64,000 bases of DNA from Nemertoderma westbladi. Taxonomy: Eukaryota; Animalia; Xenacoelomorpha. The notes below the pieces were generated by a model. It was not told where the DNA came from, searched no databases, and saw only the letters and a program-made list of their open reading frames with translations. A program made the position numbers and the translations under genes. Positions 25,757 through 35,735 of this stretch are shown here, one piece after another. The stretch is taken from assembly GCA_032718475.1 (NCBI GenBank), contig JAUCBJ010007930.1, positions 57,724 to 121,723 on the forward strand, read 5' to 3'. The stretch's first letter is position 1; the number at the start of each line of letters is the position of its first letter.

Positions 25757-26804
25757 TATACCAACGTCAAATAATTGATAAGTCCCAATCAGAAAAATAG
25801 GCAATTTAGCAGATTAGGCAGCTATGTCTGTGGCAGTGTGGCCTGTTGGTCTTGGTGGGGCTTGGCTGCTTGGCGTGCTTGGGGCAGTCAGTAGGGCAGT
25901 AGGGTGGTGAAGTAATAATAATAAAATATAGGCCTACAGACCTGACAGACACACACGGAGACAGACATACAGGACATAGGCAGGCATACCAACCAGCCTA
26001 CAGCTACAGCTCAGCAGCTGTACAGTCAGACAGTACAGCATGCAGCAGTACAGGGCAGCAGGGCTACCTGGCTACTGCTGGAACTGGGTAAGGTTGAAGA
26101 ATGGACAGATATGGATGGATGCCCAGCCCAGGTAGGCCTAAGGTCTGAAGGTTGGATAATGGACAGATAGGGATGGTTCGATGGATGGATGACCAGAGCC
26201 CAGGTACCGTACTGCAGTCTGGCAGTACAGACAGATGACAGACGAAAGACAGAGGTCAGGAGGTAGGTTGGAGAGTGGACAGATAGGGATTGCTGCTAGA
26301 TTGCAGGATTGCTATCTACTGATCTACATAATTTATTTATACTGTAATACTGCTGTACTGTCAGACTGTCACTGTATAGGCCTACCGGCTGACCGGCAGA
26401 CCGGTCAGCCAGGTTGGAATTCATGCATGAGCGCGCTGGTACGCTTCGGTATTCTGGTATTTCGAGATTTAACGCGCACCTGAAACTGGCTCGTCGCGCA
26501 CCTCATCATACTGTCATAGGTCAGCAGGTTGGCCAGTCAGCCAGTAGGCCTATACCAGTATACACTAGGCCTATACCAGTATACAGGTATACTGGTATTG
26601 GGTATAAGCAAATTCGTAGACCTACAGCAATTGTAAATTGTTCACAAGCAGCTGTCAGACTGTATAATCTGATAATGTTTCATTTCAAGTCAGTTTTATT
26701 TATTTTTACTCAATACTCAACTGCTCAATCTGAGCCATCAAAAGGCTCAGGGCACTTCAGGTGTAGGTATAAGAGCAAAAATACTGTAAAAGACTGAAGA
26801 CATA

Positions 26805-27012
26805 GATAACACGCTCGTGGGGCCTTTGCGCAGCACGAGGCTCAGTTATGAGATACAAGATTATGCCGCGAAAATTATTAGCGATGCCGAAAGATTCGCT
26901 TTCAAACAATTACCAGACAGACAGACGGACGGACAGACGGACGAACAGACATTCCCCATTGGAGCCTATATGAACCGTATGCCAAGGCTCGCCGACTACG
27001 TCTCGCCCCACA
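26805..27012. mobile_element. Helitron/Helentron-associated-like dispersed element
   Basis: (gaca/gacg)n microsatellite with a terminal aaggctcgcc...ctcgccccac stem; related sequences at ~27345, ~60400-60505 and inverted at ~60915-60960. Confidence 0.4.
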
Positions 27013-27949
27013 AAGCAGGCAGGCAAGTCAGTAAAATATACACAAGGGTACTAAAATAATTTACCAAATTAAAAAAAGTTTATTAACAATCAAATAAAAA
27101 GTATGGGGTAATATAGATCAGTAAAATTTCAGATCAGTAAAAAAAAGAAGCTCATTGATACAGTAGTTATGATAAATATATAGGTCTCAAATAATTAAAC
27201 AAATATAGAGAAGAGATCTACATCTATCTATGTATGTACATTGTACAGTATGGTGCACCACATACTGTATGAATTAAGTATAACTAATATAAAGGGAAAG
27301 TGATCTAAAAAGATAAACACAAAAAAGTTACTACGAGTCATAACTACACGTTCGTGGGGCTTCGCGCAGCACGAGGCTCAATTAAGAGACACAAATTAAA
27401 ATTGAGCGACTCTATCTCAGAATCTGTACGGTATTTGAGAAATTTAACCAAACCGCAAATCAATCAAAGAAAGAGGGACAGTGTGTTCATCCCCTTTTAC
27501 TCTGCACCCATTTTAATCTCACGTAACAGCACGTGAGATTGATGGCAGGCGGGTAGGTATTGACAGTGAATTTGTGTTTTATGGGTAAAATTAAGAACTT
27601 ACTGTAGGCTGTTCAATTTATCAGAAATAATAAAATTATCTTATGCCGATAAAGATATTTAACCCTTTACTGCCCGAATTATGAAACCTTCGTAATAAAA
27701 ATTATTTTGGTCCGATTTTACTGCATTACACTTAATAACATAAAAAATATAAATGCAACGATTATTAACGTTATTTTCAAAAAAAAAATTTTGGTATCGA
27801 ATTCGATACAATCGGCAAAAAAGGTAATTTTTTTTATTTCGTTTTTTAACAAATATGCTGATTGTATCAAATTTGATATATATTAAATTGATTGGGAATC
27901 GTAGGCATATAGTGGTGTATTTGTCATTTAGTGGCATAACATTTACGTT

Positions 27950-30220
27950 ACGAGTGATGTTACAACTGGGTTACGAATGAGGTTACAAATTAGTAATGGA
28001 GCTCGGTCACGAGTGATTTACAGCTCGGTCACAAGTGAGTTACAGCTCGGTCACAGATGAGTTACAGCTCGGTCACAAGTGAGTTACAGCTCTGTCACAG
28101 ATGAGTAACAGCTCGGTCGCAGGTGAGATACAGATTGGTCATACGTGGGTTACAACTCGGTTTCACGTGAGTTTTAGATCGGTAATACTTGGGTTAATGC
28201 TCGGTCACAAGTAAGTTGCAGCTCGGTAACAAGTGAGTTACAGCTCGGTCATGAGTGAGTTACAGCTCGGTCACATTTGAGTTAGAGCTCGGTCACAAGT
28301 GAGTAAGAGCTCGGTCACAAGTGAGTTACAACTTGGTAACAAGTGGGTTACAGCTCGGTCACAAGTGAGTTACAGCTTGGTAACAAGTGGGTTACAGCTC
28401 GGTCACAGATGAGTTACAGCTCGGTCACAGATGAGCAACAGCTCGGATCGCAGGTGAGATACAGCTCGGTCACAGATGAGTAACAGGTTGGTAACAAGTG
28501 GGTTACAGCTCGGTCACAGATGAGTAACAGCTCGGATCGCAGGTGAGATACAGCTCGGTCACAGATGAGTAACAGGTTGGTAACAAGTGGGTTACAGCTC
28601 GGTCACAGATGAGTAACAGCTCGGATCGCAGGTGAGATACAGCTCGGTCACAGATGAGTAACAGGTTGGTAACAAGTGGGTTACAGCTCGGTCACAGATG
28701 AGTAACAGCTCGGTCGCAGGTGGGATACAGCTTGGTCATACGTGGGTTACAGCTCGGTTTCAAGTGAGTTACAGATCGGTCACACTTGGGTTAATGCTCG
28801 GTCATAAGTAAGTTGTAGCTCGGTAACAAGTGAGTTACAGCTCGGTCACAAGTGAGTTACAGCTCGGTCACAAGTGAGTTAGAGCTCGGTCACAAGTGAG
28901 TTACAACTTGGTAACAAGTGGGTTACAGCTCGGTCATGAGTGAGTTAGAGCTCGGTCACAAGTGAGTTACAGCTTGGTAACAAGTGGGTTACAGCTCGGT
29001 CACAAGTGAGTTACAGCTTGGTAACAAGTGGGTTACAGCTCGGTCACAGATGAGTTACAGATCGGTCACAACTGAGTTACAGCTTGGTAACAAGTGGGTT
29101 ACAGCTCGGTCACAGATGAGTTACAGCTCGGTCACAAGTGAATTACAGCTCGGTCACACATGAGTAACAGCTCGGTCGCAGGTGAGTTACAGCTCGGTCA
29201 CAGATGAGTAACAGCTCGGATCGCAGGTGAGATACAGCTCGGTCACAGATGAGTAACAGCTCGGTCGCAGGTGAGATACAGCTTGGTCATACGTGGGTTA
29301 CAGCTCGGTTTCAAGCGATTTACAGATCGGTCACACTTGGGTTAATGCTCGGTCACAAGTAAGTTGTAGCTCGGTAACAAGTGAGTTACAGCTCGGTCAC
29401 AAGTGAGTTACAGCTCGGTCACAAGTGAGTTAGAGCTCGGTCACAAGTGAGTTAGAGCGCGGCCACAACTGAATTACAGGTTGGTAACAAGTGGGTTACA
29501 GCTCGGTCACAGATGAGTTACAGCGGGGTCACAAGTGGGTTACAGCTCGGTCACAGATGAGTTACAGCGGGGTCACAAGTGAGTTACAGCTCGGTCACAG
29601 ATGAGTAACAGCTCGGTCGCAGGTGAGATACAGCTCGGTCACAGATGAGTAACAGGTCGGTCGCAGGTGAGATACAGCTTGGTCATACGTAGGTTATAGC
29701 TCGGTTTCAAGTGAGTTACTGATCGGTCACACTTGGGTTAATGGTCGGTCACAAGTAAGTTGCAGCTCGGTAACAAGTGAGTTACAGCTCGGTCACAAGT
29801 GAGTTACAGCTCGGTCTCAAGTGAGTTACAGCTCGGTCACAAGTGAGTTACAGCTCGGTCACAAGTGAGTTAGAGCTCGGTCACAAGTGAGTTAGAGCGC
29901 GGTCACAACTGAGTTACAGGTTGGTAACAAGTGGGTTACAGCTCGGTCACAGATGAGTTACAGCGGGGTCACAAGTGAGTTACAGCTCGGTCACAGATGA
30001 GTAACAGCTCGGTCGCAGGTGAGATACTGCTCGGTCGCAGATGAGTAACAGGTCGGTCGCAGGTGAGATACAGCTCGGTCTCAAGTGAGTTAGAGCTCGG
30101 TCACAAGTGAGTTACAACTTGGTAACAAGTGGGTTACAGCTCGGTCATGAGTGAGTTAGAGCTCGGTCACAAGTGAGTTACAACTTGGTAACAAGTGGGT
30201 TACAACTCGGTCACAAGTAA
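27950..30220. repeat. 22-bp satellite (~100 copies) with 11-bp sub-period
   Basis: Unit cagctcggtcacaagtgagtta; halves gttacagctcg / gtcacaagtga. Confidence 0.95.
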
Positions 30221-31279
30221 CTGCTTTTATCTTGGCTTCTCGAAGGCCACACGTAAATTCTACTTGGAAAATTTCAAAACTTTTGCCACAATATGTGTAG
30301 ATTTCATCGAGGATTGGCCGAATTATTGACGTTTAACGGTTTAAAATTGGACACGGCAGAAAAAAGCGACATAACGACAAAGTTGATTAATGGTACCCCT
30401 ACTCTACGTTTCTAGAATTTTTTAGGAGATCTATAAGTGATGTTGTGTTAACTGTGTCGCAAGGCAGTGTGTGTTGTCCATTACAATATGGGGGAATATA
30501 AACGGGATTTTTCAATGTAATTATTATAATTATATTTTATTATTATACCATGTTTTGTGATATAAATTTATTTTATTCCAAAATTGTAACATTATTCAAC
30601 GCCGTTAGTATTTAACAGCGAGTTGTTATTTAGCACTTTACAACTTTAGATGACATTGCAGCATTGTATTGACCTGTACATTTAGTATTGCATTTGGTGT
30701 TATTGTTTACGTGGTAACCCATGATGGCGTTAAGTAATGTCCACTAAGGGGACATTACTTAACGCCGTCATTGGATACCACGTAAACAATAGGTGGAAAT
30801 TTGCCTGACAGCCAGATAGGCCTACTGCATTACCTACCGGTAGGCGGGGTATAGCTATTAGTAACCAGTAGGGCCTAGCTATATTATTACTGTATAACAT
30901 GGCTCCAAACGCCACCATAAAAATAAGCTAACTTATTTACAACATAATTTATGTCATTTTTACATTTATTTATACAGCGACTAATATAATTTGTGCAGTT
31001 TCTATCACTTATAATGTATATATGTACAATCATTTCGTAATGCTAAAATTTTAGAATAAAACTACATACATACTTGTTGCAAAGTACTTTTACAGTGTTC
31101 TGATCCTCGTGGCTTTATTTTATTTTTTTTTTTTTTTGGCTGCTTAGTGCTTTTTTTATTTTTATTGACAAACTTGACAAATATATAAAAAGACACATAA
31201 AAGTTATAAAAAATAAGAAAAACCTCACCCACCACCAGGCTACTGTACAATGTTGCTTGGCTTAGCGGGAATTTCAAAA

Positions 31280-34200
31280 TTAGTTTATTCGTGTATCAGC
31301 ATTTGCCAACCGGATGGAGGCTTGGGCGATGTCCTGATATGTGCCTGCTGGGCGTTTACGGGCAGACCTAGAGCCACGGACGCACATGAGCGAGGCCCTC
31401 AGCAAGGCGAAACTGAGTTGCCGTCGCACCCAGTTCACACATTCGCTATATGGCGTCTCGCGACGTTCCGCCAACTTGGAAGCGAGATGCTTCACAAACA
31501 GCGTTGTAGTGGGCGAGATACCCCCCAACGCTGAAAATATGAGGGGTGTAAACGTCGCGAGTTCGACCTCCCTGATCCGTTCCTGATATTTGTTCCGTTT
31601 CCGGTTCTCGTGGAACTGATGGGCGGCGTTGAGTTCCATAGCTGCGTTCGTTGGGGCGAGGGGATTGAAAACTGAGACGTCAATAAACGTCTTCTGGAAT
31701 CGACTCCCCCAGAAACCGGAAACTGAGACATCCAGCCGGGCTTGTTGGTCAATGGAGGTGGACGCGCGGTTAAACTGCTCGCCGGTAATTGGCTGCAGGT
31801 GCGGCTCGATGGTGACGTTGTGGGCAACTTCCGTTAGGGTGGAGGCGACGAAATCCCGCAGTTCGTTGTGCCGAATCGACGGATAACCGCCGGTGGGACA
31901 GGACAAAACATGGTTGGTTGAAAATCTTGTCCCACAGGCACAACGGGCGGGAAGCGAATCGGGTTGCCACCCATAACGTAGACACAAGGCATCACGAAAC
32001 TCCTCCTTACTGAGATGGGTGTCGAGGAGGGTTATTGGACGCGCGTTTAGCCAGGCCGAGGCTCCGGGTTCAGCAACCAACTCCCTCAACTTCTGTTGAT
32101 GTACAGGTAAATGGCTGCTGGCTGTTTCTACTTTAATTTTGAGTTGTTCCACGGCGCTGGCCTTTATTCTGGTTGCGATCTGTCGCTGCGACTCCTTTAT
32201 GGCTTCCGGTGTTTCGAGGTTGGTGTACGGTTCACAAATCCACCTAGAATTATTGTGTTCACGTTCTAGGTCTGTAGGTGTTGGGATGGCCAATCCTCCA
32301 TGGCGCACCGGTAGCGAGAACAGTTCGCGTTCCGAGGACGATATACTGGGGCGGTTTGTAAATCCCTGTAGGAACTGAACGACGGATTCCTCGAGTTTAA
32401 CGAAGAACTCCATTGCTCCAGGGACAACTCGCGCAACAAACCTCCATCGTGCGACCAATCCGACGGCCAGTCCCACATATGCGCAGTGTGGGTCGATTGT
32501 TGCCACCTCGCTGAGTCGCTGTATCTGGGCGACAAACTCATCGACTTTCGACCGGACAAAGTCCTCCCGGAACTCATCTGTCCCGATTACCCCACCGAGC
32601 AGTTTATTTCCATGGATCCCGATGGTAAAACAATCCTCCGGGAACATCCGTTGAGCCTCCTCCAACCTTTCCGGCTTCACCAACAGATGGCACTTCGTCG
32701 GATTATATCCGTATAATGGACCCCGCCGTGCCAGACACTCCCAAAACTTCCTGAGTTCCACCAGTGAACCCGCTGCGTTTGCGTCGTCGGCATACCATTT
32801 CTGCAGTGCTCCGGATGCATCGTCCAACTCACCGATTAACGGGAGCATACCCATAGCGTACATGGGCATAGCGATGGGGTCCCCCTGGGTCGATCCTTCC
32901 GCCGATAGGATATACTCTCCACCGATATAAAGCTTTGTCGGCAGAGAGTAACAGTTCGACACGATAGTGTGGAGGGATGGACAGACACGGCGGATGTTGT
33001 GGATAGCAGCTGCTCGGTTCAACGAGTTGAACGCGTTATTTGCATCCACCTGGAGCACAGCCTCACAGTCATCAGTAGTGAACACGTCGTTGAGGCTGTG
33101 TATGGCGTGCTCAATTCCCGCCTTCTGGTTGCAGCAGAGCTGGGTGGTACCGGCGACAGTCTGGAGATCATCAGAGACACACTGGACTATCGATTTTCCG
33201 ATGACCCTCCGTAACACCTCGCCAATCCCGATTGGGCGGACCCCTGGACATTTATCGATTGCAATCAATCGGGCCGATAGCAGAGACGACAGTTCGACTG
33301 GGTTGATCTCGGACTGAGCCATCTTCTTAGTCATATTGGCGATACTGGCGCACAGATCGACGGAAGGGTTGCGGAACCGAGTTATGATGTGTTTCCACCC
33401 TTGCACGTCAAGTCCTGATGGTCCCGCTGCGGTACCCCGAAAACGCAGGAACATCGACTGGATGAGCTGTGCATCAATTCGCTCGAAGATGACGTTATGG
33501 AATTCGGGGGCGTGGTCGAAAAAGTCCAGTAGAGTCGAATTATCGGCCGGAGTAGGGGCCGGGTGTTTATCCAGCAGAAACTCACGAACTGATTTCTTGA
33601 CCCCGTGTTTATCACTCGTAATCTCGTCGAGGTTTAATATCTGTCCCTTGGCCATCTCATCAAGTGATCGCACTGCTGCCGAAACATTTCCCGTCAACAT
33701 GTGCTTGCAAAAAGCTCTCTCCGCGGCGACATTCCGAAGCTGTTTTGCTCGGCCAGATAATTTCGGCAAGTGGGATTGAATCGCGCTGGCCTCCTTAAAC
33801 AGCTCGTCGAATTCCCCCGCTTTCCACGATGCGAGTCGCCGTTCCAGTATTCGCCGATGGGTGGAGGTGGTTGAGGATCGACTCGGCTTCTGTAGCAACA
33901 GAGCGGGTAGAATCATTTGCGCTGTAATCGCTGCGTCCACTGAAGGCGAGCCAACATTGAAGATATGTAGGAGTCGGGCCATCTCCTGGACGACCTCTCT
34001 TCCGACAGTGCCGAGGGGTAGGAGGAATAAATTGGGACGCCAATGTACTATCGCCTCGTGGACTCTGTGGATGGTCTGTGTAAACTGTTCGAGTTGAAAG
34101 TTAACCCCATACCAGGTTATTGATGTTGGTCTGTGTCCCGTGGAGACACCAGTTGGTGGTGCCCCGGATTGTGTTACACCGGACTGTGGTGCCCCGGAAT

Positions 34201-35164
34201 GTGGTGCCCCCATGAGTGGTGCCCCCGTCTGTGGTGACCCCTTCTGTGGTGACCCCGTCTGTGGTGATCCCGCGTGTGGTGCCCCCGTCTGTGGTGCCTC
34301 CGGCTGTGGTGACCCCGCCTGTGGAGCCCCCGTCTGTGGTGCCTCTGGCTGTGGTGACCCCGCCTGTGGAGCCCCCGTCTGTGGTGCCCCCGTGAGTGGT
34401 GCCCCTGGCTGTGGTGCCCCCGGCTGTGGTGCCCCCATGAGTGGTGCTCCCGGCTGTGGTGCCCTCTTCGGTGGTGACCCCGTGTGTGGTGCCCCTGTCT
34501 GTGGTGACTCCGTCTCTGGTGACCCCGTGTGTGTTGCTACCGTCTGTGGTGACCCCGTCTCTGGTGACTCCATCTGTGGTGCCTCTGGCTGTGGTGACCC
34601 CGGCTGTGGTGCCCCCAACTGTGGAGCCCCGGACTGTGGTAACCCCGCCTGTGTTTCCCCAGGCTTTGGTGCCCCCGTTTGTGGTGCTCCGGGCTGTGGA
34701 GACCCGGGCTGTGGTGACCCCGTCTGTGGCGCCCCCGGCTGTGGTGACCCCGTGTGTGGTGCCCCCACCTGTGGTGCTTCTGGGTGTTGTGACCCCGTCT
34801 GTGGTGCCCCTGGCTGTGGTGCCCCCAACTGTGGTACCCCGGACCGTGGTGACCCGGACTGTGGTGATCCTGTCTGTGGCACCCCCGGCTGTGGTGACCC
34901 CGTGTGTGGTGCCCCCACCTGTGGTGCCTCTGGGTGTCGTGACCCTGTCTGTGGTGCCCCTGGCTGGGGTGCCCCCAACTGTGTTACCCCGGACTGTGGT
35001 GCCCCGGACTGTGGTGACCCTGACTGTGGTGTCCCCGACTGTGGGACCCCAAACTGTGGTACCCCGGGCTGTGGTGACCCCGACTGTGGTGTCCCCTGTG
35101 GTGCCGCAGCAGAGATTGTCTCGGGACTGCGAAATCTTGAGAGGATAGCTTTATTTTCACTCAC
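31280..35164 (-). CDS. Retrotransposon polyprotein: pentapeptide-repeat N-terminus, RT, zinc knuckle, RLE; start codon uncertain (GTG)
   Basis: GVRPIGIGEVLRR, DANNAFNSLNR, QGDPIAMPMY, WYADD, CACG...HVLSCPTGG..IRHN, RLDVSVSG...FIDV...HENRKRNKY. Confidence 0.9.
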   Translation of the reverse strand: MSENKAILSRFRSPETISAAAPQGTPQSGSPQPGVPQFGVPQSGTPQSGSPQSGAPQSGVTQLGAPQPGAPQTGSRHPEAPQVGAPHTGSPQPGVPQTGSPQSGSPRSGVPQLGAPQPGAPQTGSQHPEAPQVGAPHTGSPQPGAPQTGSPQPGSPQPGAPQTGAPKPGETQAGLPQSGAPQLGAPQPGSPQPEAPQMESPETGSPQTVATHTGSPETESPQTGAPHTGSPPKRAPQPGAPLMGAPQPGAPQPGAPLTGAPQTGAPQAGSPQPEAPQTGAPQAGSPQPEAPQTGAPHAGSPQTGSPQKGSPQTGAPLMGAPHSGAPQSGVTQSGAPPTGVSTGHRPTSITWYGVNFQLEQFTQTIHRVHEAIVHWRPNLFLLPLGTVGREVVQEMARLLHIFNVGSPSVDAAITAQMILPALLLQKPSRSSTTSTHRRILERRLASWKAGEFDELFKEASAIQSHLPKLSGRAKQLRNVAAERAFCKHMLTGNVSAAVRSLDEMAKGQILNLDEITSDKHGVKKSVREFLLDKHPAPTPADNSTLLDFFDHAPEFHNVIFERIDAQLIQSMFLRFRGTAAGPSGLDVQGWKHIITRFRNPSVDLCASIANMTKKMAQSEINPVELSSLLSARLIAIDKCPGVRPIGIGEVLRRVIGKSIVQCVSDDLQTVAGTTQLCCNQKAGIEHAIHSLNDVFTTDDCEAVLQVDANNAFNSLNRAAAIHNIRRVCPSLHTIVSNCYSLPTKLYIGGEYILSAEGSTQGDPIAMPMYAMGMLPLIGELDDASGALQKWYADDANAAGSLVELRKFWECLARRGPLYGYNPTKCHLLVKPERLEEAQRMFPEDCFTIGIHGNKLLGGVIGTDEFREDFVRSKVDEFVAQIQRLSEVATIDPHCAYVGLAVGLVARWRFVARVVPGAMEFFVKLEESVVQFLQGFTNRPSISSSERELFSLPVRHGGLAIPTPTDLEREHNNSRWICEPYTNLETPEAIKESQRQIATRIKASAVEQLKIKVETASSHLPVHQQKLRELVAEPGASAWLNARPITLLDTHLSKEEFRDALCLRYGWQPDSLPARCACGTRFSTNHVLSCPTGGYPSIRHNELRDFVASTLTEVAHNVTIEPHLQPITGEQFNRASTSIDQQARLDVSVSGFWGSRFQKTFIDVSVFNPLAPTNAAMELNAAHQFHENRKRNKYQERIREVELATFTPLIFSALGGISPTTTLFVKHLASKLAERRETPYSECVNWVRRQLSFALLRASLMCVRGSRSARKRPAGTYQDIAQASIRLANADTRIN
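34155..35105 (-). repeat. 15-bp coding minisatellite (~63 units) encoding G(A/S)PQ(T/P/S)
   Basis: ctgtggtg(a/c)ccc.g. units; in frame with the RT ORF. Confidence 0.95.
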
Positions 35165-35735
35165 ATCACTGACGTTCGTTCGTGTAACAAAGCCACTCGG
35201 ATCATCACACTGTAAAGTGCTACTTTACACACAAGTATGTAAATAGTTATTACACAGTAGTAAAATCTCACTTCACCAATCCATAATTTGGCGAGGGTAG
35301 CATTATGGGCTATCAGCATGAGCTAGCAAAGATAATCATTAGCTGAGTTAATCAAAGGTCGGAAGTGACGTTTATTGACAATTCGAAACATCTTTTCATT
35401 CATTAGGCCTACTTTCTGAATATAGAAGGTACAGTAGCCAAGTTTCTACAAAATAGCACAATTGTGTATTACCATCACTTTCAATCGCGTGATATAACAG
35501 CGAAGGTCATTATTGGATGATTTACTATTGGCAGCTTTGTTGCTAGGTAATAAAAAAAATAAACTCCAGTCAAATGTTAATGTCAATTAATTAAGCCAAG
35601 CTAATACTGTAAGTTAGTACTACCTCACCACCTAAATGTTACATTGTTGTAAAAATTACATTCGCTAAAGTAAAAGTAAAAAGTAAGTTCGTAAAAGAAT
35701 AATAGTTAAATTTATTCCCAAGTAAATAAAACACC

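Larger units (their letters stand above)
31114..35190 (-). mobile_element. CRE-like non-LTR retrotransposon (RT + restriction-like endonuclease), apparently intact
   Basis: Single uninterrupted ORF, short 3' UTR, A-rich tail on the element strand (31114-31137). Confidence 0.88.

Noticed and set aside
31062-31119. snRNA/SL-RNA gene or hammerhead/HDV ribozyme as the retrotransposon flank
   Set aside because: No recognisable U1/U2/U6/SL sequence and no complete CUGANGA...GAAA core by eye; a covariance-model search would be needed to exclude fully
34140-35246. 368-aa Cys-rich (CGAPx)n and 235-aa Val/Pro ORFs on the + strand
   Set aside because: Antisense shadows of the stop-free 15-bp repeat in the retrotransposon ORF
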